Assembly: GCA_964447905.1 (NCBI GenBank)
Contig: CAYUUK010000007.1
Coordinates: 513 to 64,512, forward strand
Source: an uncultured Pseudomonadales bacterium
Lineage (GTDB): Bacteria; Patescibacteriota; Microgenomatia; UBA1400; UBA1396
Direction of reading: 5' to 3'
DNA: 64,000 bases
Shown here: positions 48,273-60,437 of the stretch, piece after piece
How the letters are laid out: the number at the start of each line of letters is the position of its first letter
How positions within the stretch are numbered: the stretch's first letter is position 1
The notes under the pieces: generated by a model
The model's input: the letters and a program-made list of their open reading frames with translations, nothing else
Told to the model about the DNA's origin: nothing
Database searches by the model: none
Position numbers and translations under genes: made by a program

Positions 48273-49289
48273 GTGGAGGCTCGCAGCATCTTTGATATTG
48301 ATTTTATTTTGCTGGATAGTTACTCTCTTTTGTTTCGCGCGTTCTATGCGTTTCCGTTATCGCTCACAGCTCCAGACGGTCAATTGACCAATGCCACTTT
48401 TGGGTTTACAAAACTCTTGTTAGACATGATGGATAAAATTCATCCAGAGTATCTGGTGGCAGCAGTGGACATGGGGCAACCAACCTTTCGACATGAACAA
48501 TTTGTGGAGTACAAAGCAAATCGTGAAGAGGCTCCAGACGAGCTCAAACAGCAGATTCGTTTCATGCACGATATTTTAGAAGTACTCAATGTGCCAACAC
48601 TGGGCTTTGTGGGGTACGAGGCGGACGATGTAATCGGTACGCTGGCAACGCAACTGCGCGAAGCACACCCAGATAAAAATGTTGGTATCTTTACTGGTGA
48701 TCGCGACTCATTTCAGTTGGTTGGAGACTCTGTGTATGTGGTGATGTCAGCCAGAGGAAGAGGTCGGAATGGTTTAGAGTTGATCGATACAGAGAAAGTG
48801 ATTGACTCCCTTGCAGTCAGGCCAGATCAAGTCGTTGACTACAAGGCGCTCTGTGGTGATGCTTCTGATAACATCCCCGGAGTACGAGGAGTAGGCCCGA
48901 AGACAGCAGCGCAATTGCTGCATACGTTCGGTACGCTGCAAAAAATCTACTTCGCTGTGGCGATGATAGCTGGTGAGGAGCAGCTTATTTCTGAACTGGG
49001 AGTTACCCTCACTGAGGTCGAGCGTGAAGAGTTGCAGGCAAAAGGTAAAAGTATCAGCGCAAGTGTTGTGAAGAAGCTTATTGAAGGTCATGATAACGCC
49101 TTTCTTTCACAGCAACTTGCTCAAATTGATACACAGGTTCCGCTGGATTTTGATATTCATCAAGCCAAGATCTCTGAATATGACAAAGAAAAAGCCAGCA
49201 CTCTTTTTACTCAACTCGGTTTCCGTTCATTGATACGTCATTTGCCGAATGATCGGTTTGAGACAGCCATTCAAGAGTCGCTGTTTTAA
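48273..49289 (+). CDS. 5-prime-3-prime exonuclease (Pol I N-terminal/FEN-like)
   Basis: GTG start; LLDSYSLLFRAFYA, GYEADDVIGTLA and TGDRDSFQLV motifs. Confidence 0.8.
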   Translation: MEARSIFDIDFILLDSYSLLFRAFYAFPLSLTAPDGQLTNATFGFTKLLLDMMDKIHPEYLVAAVDMGQPTFRHEQFVEYKANREEAPDELKQQIRFMHDILEVLNVPTLGFVGYEADDVIGTLATQLREAHPDKNVGIFTGDRDSFQLVGDSVYVVMSARGRGRNGLELIDTEKVIDSLAVRPDQVVDYKALCGDASDNIPGVRGVGPKTAAQLLHTFGTLQKIYFAVAMIAGEEQLISELGVTLTEVEREELQAKGKSISASVVKKLIEGHDNAFLSQQLAQIDTQVPLDFDIHQAKISEYDKEKASTLFTQLGFRSLIRHLPNDRFETAIQESLF

Positions 49290-49348
49290 AATTGCGCAAA
49301 ACATCCTTCTTGTGACAGAGAGTATCTGCGGTGTAAGCTGTAGAGAGT

Positions 49349-50122
49349 GTGAAATCCAAACAGAATACACAGCAAATTTCTTTAGTGCGTAAGCACTCTG
49401 ATCGTTATAATTCAGGAGTGACTGGGCGTTCTGTAAAGAAATCCGAAAGCGCAAAATCACTATTGGAGAAGTTACAGAATAGGTATACCGCATTTTCTGA
49501 GTGGATTTCTTCCCCACGTTCGCGCCGGTGGCGAGAAAAAGCTTTGTATTCTCTTGGAGTGAGTGTGGTGCTTGTTGGGGCAATAGCGGTATATATTACA
49601 TCGTTTACGAGCTTTGATTGGCGACAGTGGGCCTGGGGAGGTTCGCAGTTTTCAGGTGAGCAACTTTCCAGAGCGAGTGTTGTGAACCCGCAACTGATTG
49701 CTGTTGGGGAGCCAGAAGTGGCGGAGTTATTTACTGATCTTACATATCTTTATCCCCAAGCAGATATTTTGAATGTTCAAGATGATGAATTCGGCGTGAG
49801 CGTGGTAGCCGCGAAAGCCTTTGATGCAGAGTTACAACAAACACTGCTCTTTATTCGAGTAGAAAACGCACCGTTTTTGGAAGGAAGTATTCCCAAAATA
49901 TGGGTGAAAACACGAGATGGTCAAAACATTGAGGCTGGGGTGGGTGAGTATTTACTTGAGAATGGACAAGTGGTTGCGTACTTTATTACAACGGTTGAAG
50001 GGAGTGACGATATTTATAAAAGTGCTTCCTTAACACTTGATACGTTTCTTGATCAAGTTCAACCGTCTCCTGCTTTTTTTGTAGCGAATTTTGCTGATGA
50101 AGACACGGAGGTTTCATTATGA
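49349..50122 (+). CDS. membrane-anchored hypothetical protein
   Basis: Basic cytoplasmic head, one TM, extracytoplasmic domain; its stop overlaps the next start (ATGA). Confidence 0.35.
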   Translation: MKSKQNTQQISLVRKHSDRYNSGVTGRSVKKSESAKSLLEKLQNRYTAFSEWISSPRSRRWREKALYSLGVSVVLVGAIAVYITSFTSFDWRQWAWGGSQFSGEQLSRASVVNPQLIAVGEPEVAELFTDLTYLYPQADILNVQDDEFGVSVVAAKAFDAELQQTLLFIRVENAPFLEGSIPKIWVKTRDGQNIEAGVGEYLLENGQVVAYFITTVEGSDDIYKSASLTLDTFLDQVQPSPAFFVANFADEDTEVSL

Positions 50123-53100
50123 ACCGATTTGCTCGTCAGCTTGTTCTTGGCATATTTTTCGCAATTGGAGCATTTTTCTTATTTGCAACGACACCGGTTT
50201 ATGCGCTCTGTGATGGTTGGGCCAGTCCTGGGACAACACATCGAAATAACGGAAATGGGTGTTACTACACGTGCAGCGGTGACAGCTGGAGTGGACCGAC
50301 CAAATGTGATGGCGGTGGAGATGGTGAGTGTCAAGGATGCCAGAATGCGAGTAAAGAGGATGCCGCCCGAGCAGTGAAGCAACGGCAAAAAGAAGCTGAG
50401 AAAAAGATCGAAGAGCAAGGTGGCCTCAATAGTGAAGAAACAAAAAAAGTGCGAAGAGAGACTCAGCAGAAGTATGGTCAATCTGCACTCAACTCATCTG
50501 CTGCGCCGCGTGACGAAGATACTGCGGCGACAGAGTTAGCTGTTGTGGGACAAGAGTGTGATCCGAATTCAGGAAGTGCGGGCACTGTTGGCCCTGGTGG
50601 CCGATGTTGTATAGGTGGCGTAGTGGAGTGTAGTGCTGACACGAACGGAGTGTGTGGCGGCGGTATCGACCGTTTTGGTACGTATGGCGTGTGTGGCACG
50701 AAACCACGTTGTGGGGACGGCTTTGCTTCAGTACATGAATGCAGTGCTCCAAATGTCTGTCCGCGTGATTACAAATACTGTGCTGAGCAAGGTTTCGAGC
50801 AACCAGCAGAGGAAACAGTTGAACAAAAAACAGAGGAGTATCATCGAGAACGCTTTGATGAGCTCACCCAAGAGTGTCTCTTCGGCGAAGATGAGCTGCT
50901 CGAGGGAAATCTCAATGCAGATTGTGTTGGGCAACTCAGTCGAACAACACAAATTCTCACTGATGAAGGTGCTGATGAATCAGAATTAGAAAATCTAGTG
51001 GAACGGCGGCGAACCCTTGGAAATTACTACACCGCTGTCTATAGAGCTGCGCAAGCTGAAACACTTTGTGGCGGTGATTCTCAAGCCTGTGCCGAGGCTC
51101 GATCCGCTGCAAATGCTGAAGTAGCCCGCACCGAAATTGCCGTAACACAAGCGTTTTCCAAGAGTGTAGTAAATAAAGCCAAACGCTCGGCCGAGAAATA
51201 CAAAGAACAGGTCCAGACATTTACCCAAGAGCGTGTGGCAAAAAGTAGTGACTTACCGACAACGATGCGGTCCATTACCCAAAAGTGCGCCGCTGAGAGC
51301 AGTGCGGATGCGCAAGAACGGTGCTTGCGTGTGCAACTGCGCGTGCAGTTAGGTCTCGATCTCGACGATTCTGGCCAATTTGTTCAAGCTGAGGACAGCA
51401 CGTACTATCAGCAGTTTTGTGATGCGGCCGTGGTGCGCGAGGGTGCAGGGCACTGTCGACAAGAGCGAGCAACCGTTGCCGCCAACATACTGGCCCAGCA
51501 AGATGCCATTCCACAAATTACCGTAGCGCGAGGTGTGTGTAATTTCCCGGGAGGTTGCGAGTGTGAACACTATGGCATTCAAGTTAATGAGGGAGATCAG
51601 TGTTACAGCGAAGGATTTGACTGGGTGCGTGACTCTGCAGTAGCCCAGCAAGTACCAGACTGTGGTGGCGAGGGACAGGTGGCTTGTGGTGATGCAAGTC
51701 AAGTCTGTGATCCGGGAAATGATTTCCATGCGGGTACGAATCGTTGTTGGCAATCTGAGCGTGTGCGTGAGCTCGAAGCACAGGAGTCTCAACGAGATAC
51801 CTCTGCTCCATCTCGAAGTGAAGAGGACTACATTGAGTATCTCGATGCGGGAGAAGAGTGGGAGTTTTCCTATACTGGCAACGCTGTTGTGTGTGCTGGT
51901 GGTTCTGAACTGTTAGTGAACTACGATAGTCGCGGAAATATTACCACGCAGGCTTGTGTATCCTCTGACGATTTGAGAGAGATCGATGAAAATGAACTTT
52001 GTGCGGCAACTGGCAGAAATGGAGCCTGTCGTTGTAGCAGTAATGGGGCGGTGATAGATGCTGGATTGCGTTGTCCCAGTTCGTCTCAATTCACAGCGGA
52101 CTCACTCGAGAGTTGTCCTGTTGGCAATAGAGAGAGACTCACAGTGTTTTCTGAAACACTGGAAAATGGTATCCAGTGTCGTTTGGGAGCTGGTCTAGCA
52201 AATACGTGTCGGCCAGGCTTTGAGTATGTGTCGGGTAATGGTGGGGCACGATGTGTAAGAATTGATGATTTTTCGGAGTTTGGTCAGGATGCATTAGTAA
52301 GTCCTTCCGAGCAAGATCCATTAGTTTCTGTAGCCTCAGATTCAGCTGTGCTGCCGCCTAGGGAAGAAGTATCGAGTTCCGCAGATTATGGAGATGTATG
52401 GGCAAGTCCGGCTCGCCGCTCAGTGGAACCCATAGTTGTTGAAGAGATAACTTTGGCAGAGACGTATCAGGATGCACAATCTCGAGCAGATTCACTTGAT
52501 GGCTGTGGTGGGAATGAGCAGTACATGTGTTCCTTCGAAATTAATGGAACCGAAGTTCGCTTGTGCAAATCGTGGACCAGATTGGACTCCGTTTCCAAGC
52601 TTTGTTATACACCGGAGCGCTATGAAGCCTTACGCCAACGTCTCACAGAGGATGCCACTGCAGAGCGGTCTGAGCGCCAGGCAGCTGGATACGAACAATG
52701 CTCATCTGGCGAAGTCTCAGCAAATGGCTGTTTGCGAGAAAATGGTCGACTTACAGGACAAAGCTGTGTGTACTCTGATTCTCAAGAGTCAGCAAATACA
52801 TTTATTGCTCTCATTGACAGCGAGCTGTGTAGAGACCAGCAAGAGGAGGAACAAGCAGCGAGAGAAGCGCGGGCTTCGGCTTTTGTAGAAACTATTAATA
52901 CACTCAGTAGTACTGTTTCTGAGACCGTGACAGTGCTTTGGACAGGTGTACTCGGCCGTGCAGAGGCACAGAACAGAGAACAGATTGATACTCTCGCTCA
53001 GAGTGCTCAAGCCGAGCAAAACAAAATTGCGACGGGTAACTCAGTACAAGCTGTGGCTCGATTACGCGAGCGATACGAAGATTTATCTCGGCGGTGTGGT

Positions 53101-53430
53101 TGGGTGCGAACCGATGTTCCAACCGCCTGTACAGAAGTGCTCCCTTCCTTAGCTGAACTGCCTTGGAGTGAGTCGAATGAAACCGTTCGAAGGACTCTTG
53201 TGGAAGAGCGGGGAAATGCCTTTCATAATCGCGAAGTTTTTGCCGAAAACACCGAGTACATTGTGTGTGGCGAAAACGAAAATGGCACACCATACTACTG
53301 TTGTCCAGGGAATACGCTTTCAGAAATGAATGATGACGGTGGAGTTGAGTGTGTATCCCTTCCAGAGCAAGGACCGGCGCTGCCACCTGAAGAACCGCTC
53401 TCTACAGCAGCACCAGATGGCGCGGAATGA
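50119..53430 (+). CDS. very large secreted Cys-rich protein (orphan)
   Basis: 1103 aa with a signal peptide (MNRFARQLVLGIFFAIGAFFLFATTPVYA). More than 70 Cys, acidic, no TM anchor, no recognisable domain. Confidence 0.5.
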   Translation: MNRFARQLVLGIFFAIGAFFLFATTPVYALCDGWASPGTTHRNNGNGCYYTCSGDSWSGPTKCDGGGDGECQGCQNASKEDAARAVKQRQKEAEKKIEEQGGLNSEETKKVRRETQQKYGQSALNSSAAPRDEDTAATELAVVGQECDPNSGSAGTVGPGGRCCIGGVVECSADTNGVCGGGIDRFGTYGVCGTKPRCGDGFASVHECSAPNVCPRDYKYCAEQGFEQPAEETVEQKTEEYHRERFDELTQECLFGEDELLEGNLNADCVGQLSRTTQILTDEGADESELENLVERRRTLGNYYTAVYRAAQAETLCGGDSQACAEARSAANAEVARTEIAVTQAFSKSVVNKAKRSAEKYKEQVQTFTQERVAKSSDLPTTMRSITQKCAAESSADAQERCLRVQLRVQLGLDLDDSGQFVQAEDSTYYQQFCDAAVVREGAGHCRQERATVAANILAQQDAIPQITVARGVCNFPGGCECEHYGIQVNEGDQCYSEGFDWVRDSAVAQQVPDCGGEGQVACGDASQVCDPGNDFHAGTNRCWQSERVRELEAQESQRDTSAPSRSEEDYIEYLDAGEEWEFSYTGNAVVCAGGSELLVNYDSRGNITTQACVSSDDLREIDENELCAATGRNGACRCSSNGAVIDAGLRCPSSSQFTADSLESCPVGNRERLTVFSETLENGIQCRLGAGLANTCRPGFEYVSGNGGARCVRIDDFSEFGQDALVSPSEQDPLVSVASDSAVLPPREEVSSSADYGDVWASPARRSVEPIVVEEITLAETYQDAQSRADSLDGCGGNEQYMCSFEINGTEVRLCKSWTRLDSVSKLCYTPERYEALRQRLTEDATAERSERQAAGYEQCSSGEVSANGCLRENGRLTGQSCVYSDSQESANTFIALIDSELCRDQQEEEQAAREARASAFVETINTLSSTVSETVTVLWTGVLGRAEAQNREQIDTLAQSAQAEQNKIATGNSVQAVARLRERYEDLSRRCGWVRTDVPTACTEVLPSLAELPWSESNETVRRTLVEERGNAFHNREVFAENTEYIVCGENENGTPYYCCPGNTLSEMNDDGGVECVSLPEQGPALPPEEPLSTAAPDGAE

Positions 53431-53474
53431 AATTTTCAACCCACGACCTCTAGAAATCTGGTATTATGACTGGT

Positions 53475-54765
53475 ATGACAGTTACCGTTATTGGAACTGG
53501 GTTTGTGGGAGTTGTCACAGCCGCAGTCTTATCCTCCTTTGAAAATACCGTGTATGGCCTGGATATTGATCCGGCCAAAGTGAAGTCGCTTTCAACCGGG
53601 AAAGTTCCCTTTTTTGAGCCTGGTCTCGAAGATTTGCTGAAGCAGGAGTTGGATGCTGGTCGCCTTCATTTTACTGTCGACTATGCTGAAGCAATTTCTC
53701 AAGCTGATGTTATTTTGATTGCCGTTGGTACCCCTTCAGCACCAGATGGAAATGCCGATCTCACCTACGTAAAGAAAGCCGCTGAGTCGCTCGCTCCCCA
53801 CTTAAAAGAGGGTGCAGTTGTAGCCATTAAGAGTACCGTTCCTCCGGGAACTCTCGATATTGTTCGGCCAATTATAGAAGAGAAAGCGTCGGTTGATTTC
53901 GTCATGGCATCTTTGCCAGAATTTTTGCGCGAAGGCTCCGCTGTTGAGGACACACTGCACCCAGACCGTGTGGTTATTGGGTGTACTGATCCAAATGGCT
54001 TACGTGTTTTGCGTGAGCTGCATAAGCCATTCGGTGCGCCAATTATTGAGGTCAGTCCCGAAAGTGCGCAAATGGGCAAGTACTCCGCAAATGCGTATCT
54101 AGCCACTCGGATTACGTTTATTAATCAGATTGCTGATTTATGTGAGAAAAACGGCGCAGATGTGCGAGAAGTCATTAAGATTATCGGTCACGACAACCGT
54201 ATTGGCACGCACTACTGGTACCCTGGTTTCGGGTACGGTGGTTCCTGTTTCCCGAAAGACGTGAAAGAGTTAGCGGCCTACTCGCGCACGGTTGGGTATG
54301 GCAGTAATCTCTTTAATAAGATAACTGACCTGAATGAAGATCGTATTTTTGAGAAACTTGATCAGTACGAAAAAGTACTCGGTGGCTGGGAAGACAAAAC
54401 CGTAGCAGTACTCGGGCTTTCATTTAAGCCCCATACAGACGATATGCGCGAAGCGCCCAGTACGAAGATTGTGCCTCATTTGTTGAATAAAGGTGCCACT
54501 GTTCGAGGATATGATCCAATGGCCACTGAGGTGGCGGAGCAGGTACTTGGTCAATATGATCAACTGGCGTATTTTTCCGATATTGCTGAGGCCGTAGATG
54601 GTGCCGATATTGTTATGGCCGTGATCGAGTGGCCACAAATAACGAGTTTTGATTTCACCACTTTGAAACCACGGGTATTTATCGATGTACGCAATCAATT
54701 TTCAGCTGAAACTCTCGAGTCAGCTGGGTGGCAGTATGTAGGAGTGGGAACGGGAAAGCTGTCGC

Positions 54766-54773
<8 letters not shown>
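53475..54773 (+). CDS. ugd: UDP-glucose 6-dehydrogenase (UDP-glucose/GDP-mannose dehydrogenase family)
   Basis: VIGTGFVG NAD-binding motif; catalytic GFGYGGSCFPKD motif. Confidence 0.85.
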
Positions 54774-56711
<1,938 letters not shown>

Positions 56712-56725
56712 GAAAGCGGGGAGCC

Positions 56726-58000
56726 ATGGCAACAAAAAAAACATCAGTAAAAGCGGCTCAGAGAGCTTCCTCTCGTGAGAAAGCTATTATCATCATTCCC
56801 ACCTATAATGAGAAGCCGAACATCACAAAATTGTTGCCCCGGATTGATACCGTGAGAAAAAAGATCAGTGATTGGGATCTTGAGGTTTTGGTTGTGGATG
56901 ATTCTTCTCCAGACGGCACTGCCGAAGCAGTTGAGTCGCTGCAGAAAAAATATCCCTATCTTCACTTGCTTATTAACAAAAACAAAAGTGGACTTGGTGG
57001 GGCCTATCTGAAGGGCATGGCACATGCCTTCGGTAAGCTGAAAGCTGACGTTGTTTTTGAGATGGATGCAGATTTGTCACATGATCCAAAAAAGGTGCCA
57101 GAGTTTTTAGCGGCCCTCGATGCGGGTGCGGATATGGTACTTGGTTCACGATATATCCCTGGAGGATCTATTCCTTCTAATTGGGGATGGCATCGCAAGT
57201 TCTTGAGCGTTGCTGGCAATAACATCATATCTCTGGTTTTGTGGTCCCGCGCTGTTAAGGACTGGACTGGTGGCTATCGGGCCATTCGAAAAAGCGTGTA
57301 TAACAAGGTTCACACCGAGCTAGAGGCATCAGCTCGCTTTACTGGGTACACATTCCAAATTGGCTTTTTATTGAAAGCGATTCGGGGTGGCTTCAAGATA
57401 GCCGAAGTGCCTTTTCATTTTATTGATCGAGAAGTGGGAGAATCAAAATTGGGAACGGAGTACATAGTGAATACTTTGCGATACATTCTGAGCACACGAG
57501 TGCGAGAAATTATGCAGATGCGATTGTTTAAATTCGTGATTGTTGGAGGAGTGGGTTTTCTCGTAAATACCATCTTCTTTAATATTTTTAAGTACTTTGG
57601 CCTCTGGACTTCTCTTTCTACTACCTTTGGTATACCAGCCCAGCATGGTCTTTTAGAACTCATTTTGTCCGACCAAGCGTTGGCGGTTATTTTGTCCGCT
57701 GAGTTGGCAATACTTTCCAACTACTTGTGGAATAACCTGTGGACGTTCCAAGACCGCCAGATTCACGGCATCGTTTCTCACTTGAGCAAGTTTGCGCAGT
57801 TTAATCTTGGTTCCGTCGGTTCCATTTTTATTCAGTATGTAGTGATGCAAACTTCTTTACGGCTCTTCGGTGTGTTCACATTGCTCACACTGTTCGGATT
57901 GCCAATCGCGAGTGATAATCTGTACCTGGCAGCAGGAGTCATTATTGGTATGGTATGGAACTTCTCGATTTATAGTTTAGTCATTTGGAGAAAGAAGTAA
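56726..58000 (+). CDS. polyprenyl-phosphate glycosyltransferase (GT2, DPM1-like) fused to a C-terminal GtrA-like 4-TM domain
   Basis: IIIPTYNE...VVDDSSPDGT...EMDADLSHDP GT2 core; C-terminal FVIVGGVGFLVN GtrA motif. Confidence 0.75.
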   Translation: MATKKTSVKAAQRASSREKAIIIIPTYNEKPNITKLLPRIDTVRKKISDWDLEVLVVDDSSPDGTAEAVESLQKKYPYLHLLINKNKSGLGGAYLKGMAHAFGKLKADVVFEMDADLSHDPKKVPEFLAALDAGADMVLGSRYIPGGSIPSNWGWHRKFLSVAGNNIISLVLWSRAVKDWTGGYRAIRKSVYNKVHTELEASARFTGYTFQIGFLLKAIRGGFKIAEVPFHFIDREVGESKLGTEYIVNTLRYILSTRVREIMQMRLFKFVIVGGVGFLVNTIFFNIFKYFGLWTSLSTTFGIPAQHGLLELILSDQALAVILSAELAILSNYLWNNLWTFQDRQIHGIVSHLSKFAQFNLGSVGSIFIQYVVMQTSLRLFGVFTLLTLFGLPIASDNLYLAAGVIIGMVWNFSIYSLVIWRKK

Positions 58001-58004
58001 CCAG

Positions 58005-59627
58005 ATGTTTACAGCGCTGCGCCAGCAATATGTGCGATGGTGGACTCAACTTTCACGCGTAGAGCGCTGGGGGTGGATAAGCGTGGGAGTTGCTACCGCG
58101 CTTGGGGCGACGTATCGGCTTCTTTGGCTCAGAGAAACTATGCAGTTCTTGGCCGACCAGGGTCGGGACGTTATTACTGCCTACGGCATCTTGCATGGAG
58201 ATATTGCCTTAGTTGGACCTTCCACGAGTGTGGGGAGCATGTTTCTTGGTCCTTTTTACTACTATTTCATGGCGCCATGGTTGGCGTTGGCCGGAAATGA
58301 TCCAATTGGACCTTCTCTGGCAGTTGCGTTCATTGGAGTACTGACGCTTCCAGCACTCTTCTGGGTTGGCAAACGGCTCGTGGGCACGGTGCCGGCAGCC
58401 CTGGCAACTCTCATGTTTGCGGTTTCACCTGTAGCGGTTGAGTATACTCGTTTTTCGTGGAACCCAAATCCAGCTCCTATTGTGATGATCGTTCTTCTCT
58501 ATGCCACCTGGAAAGCCTGGAAAGGCTCCGCTCGTTGGTGGTTAGGGGTGGCGATTGCGTGGGCGATTATTATCCAACTGCACTATGTGGCGCTTTTGAG
58601 CTTAGCACCTGCGGGTCTCTTTTGGTTGGCCGATGTCTGGCGCTCTGTACGCTCCCAGCAGAGCTCGCGTTTGAAGGAGATCGCGGTGTGGACAGCAGCG
58701 AGTGTAGCGGCAGTGCTCATTTCTTGGGTCCCTTTGGTGCTATTTGATTTTCGTTTTGATCATCAGATTTCAAAAGGATTCGTTGATTTCCTCAATGGTG
58801 ATCCCAATGCGAGTAGTAAGACGCTGGTAGAAACACTCAGACGTGTATTTTCAGAGCAGCACGGTCGTGCTATGCACATTCTTTTTGAAGTATGGGGCGG
58901 AAGAGACTGGACTCAGTGGTTCCGGCAACTCAATACGGCGCTTCTGGCACTTTTTACTGGTGCTGGTGTCCTCGCGTGGTGGCGCTCGCGTACTACCAGT
59001 AAGGAAGCAGGCGTAGTTCTTACGCTCTTGGCGGTGCTTACCAGCGTTATTGGGCTTTCTTGGTATGATGGCGTTGTTTTCCACCACTATATTACCTACA
59101 TTTTACCGGCCACCTATCTTTTCACTGGTGTTGTTCTGGTTGAGCTGGTGCGACGATTCTCCGTCGTGGGTATGATTGTCAGTGGTAGTATTTTTGCCTA
59201 TGCCTTGTGGCTCGGTGTGCAACCAATCAGTATGCGATACCTTGAGCGCTTGGGCTGGACAGTGGACGACTATAAAACGACTGCCCAGATTATTTCACAA
59301 ACGCTTCCAGAAGGGGTTTCCTATGCGCTTACGCACCTTTCCGATGTGCGCGACTATCGGGGTTTAAGCTATCGATACTTTTTGTTAACTTCAGACAATC
59401 CACCTGTACCATTAGAGAATGCTGGTGATGCTGACTACTTAGTGATTGTTGCCGACAATCCTCGGCAAGCAAATGAAGTTCTTGGCTCCCCAGTCTATGA
59501 AGTGGTTATCTTCCCGAAAGGGGAGTACTCCACTATTGATATTGAAGATGGTCCACGGCTGTATTTTATTCAGCGTGAAAGAACACTTGTAGAAGGGCAA
59601 GACGCGGTTGCTCCTGAGGGCCAGTAG
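58005..59627 (+). CDS. GT-C-type glycosyltransferase (ArnT/PMT-like membrane protein)
   Basis: Polytopic N-terminal half with a loop of ArnT-family appearance; soluble C-terminal domain. Confidence 0.45.
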   Translation: MFTALRQQYVRWWTQLSRVERWGWISVGVATALGATYRLLWLRETMQFLADQGRDVITAYGILHGDIALVGPSTSVGSMFLGPFYYYFMAPWLALAGNDPIGPSLAVAFIGVLTLPALFWVGKRLVGTVPAALATLMFAVSPVAVEYTRFSWNPNPAPIVMIVLLYATWKAWKGSARWWLGVAIAWAIIIQLHYVALLSLAPAGLFWLADVWRSVRSQQSSRLKEIAVWTAASVAAVLISWVPLVLFDFRFDHQISKGFVDFLNGDPNASSKTLVETLRRVFSEQHGRAMHILFEVWGGRDWTQWFRQLNTALLALFTGAGVLAWWRSRTTSKEAGVVLTLLAVLTSVIGLSWYDGVVFHHYITYILPATYLFTGVVLVELVRRFSVVGMIVSGSIFAYALWLGVQPISMRYLERLGWTVDDYKTTAQIISQTLPEGVSYALTHLSDVRDYRGLSYRYFLLTSDNPPVPLENAGDADYLVIVADNPRQANEVLGSPVYEVVIFPKGEYSTIDIEDGPRLYFIQRERTLVEGQDAVAPEGQ

Positions 59628-59672
59628 GGTTCCATCTTCCCTGGCGCAGTGAGATCGTGATAGAGTATCGGT

Positions 59673-60425
59673 ATGCCAATTGAAAAGTTATCTGTTATCG
59701 TTCCCTCATATAACGAGGCGAAAAATTTTGGTCGAGGAGTGCTCGATGAAGTGATTACGTATCTCGAGCAACAACCCTATAGCTGGGAGCTGGTATTAAC
59801 CGATGATGGCTCGACTGACTCAACGGTAGCACTGCTCAAAGAGTTTGCTCGCGGAAAAGAGCAGGTGAAAATTGTGGAAAACCCACATCGCGGGAAAGGT
59901 CCTACAGTGTCCGCTGGTATGCTGGCCGCAACGGGCGACTTCCGGATTTTTACTGACTTTGACCAATCGACGCCGATTTCTGAAGTAGAGAAATTTATTC
60001 CCTTTATTGATGATGGCTATGAAGTGGTGATTGGTTCCCGAGCGGTACAAGGAGCTCGCCGTCAAGATGAACCACTGCATCGTCACCTTATGGGAAAAGC
60101 CTTCAATATTCTCGTGCAGCTGATAGCTGTACCCGGTATCTATGACACCCAGTGTGGTTTTAAACTGTTCTCTGCGAAATCAGCTGAAGAGCTTTTTCCA
60201 AAGTTACAAGTGTATGGAGATAAAGCTCGCCAAGATGCCTTTACCGGTGCTTTTGACGTTGAGCTGTTGCTCTTAGCCCGGCGATTTGGCTACCGAATTG
60301 CGGAAGTGCCGGTCATTTGGCACCATCACGAGACCGACCGAGTGAGTCCGTTGAAAGATTCTGTATTGATGCTTCGAGACATTGTTATTATCCGTTTGAA
60401 CGACCTTCAGCGACGATACAAATAG
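59673..60425 (+). CDS. family 2 glycosyltransferase (polyprenyl-phosphate sugar synthase, DPM1/ArnC-like)
   Basis: LSVIVPSYNE...LTDDGSTD...DFDQS. Confidence 0.8.
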   Translation: MPIEKLSVIVPSYNEAKNFGRGVLDEVITYLEQQPYSWELVLTDDGSTDSTVALLKEFARGKEQVKIVENPHRGKGPTVSAGMLAATGDFRIFTDFDQSTPISEVEKFIPFIDDGYEVVIGSRAVQGARRQDEPLHRHLMGKAFNILVQLIAVPGIYDTQCGFKLFSAKSAEELFPKLQVYGDKARQDAFTGAFDVELLLLARRFGYRIAEVPVIWHHHETDRVSPLKDSVLMLRDIVIIRLNDLQRRYK

Positions 60426-60437
60426 ATTTTTGAGAGC

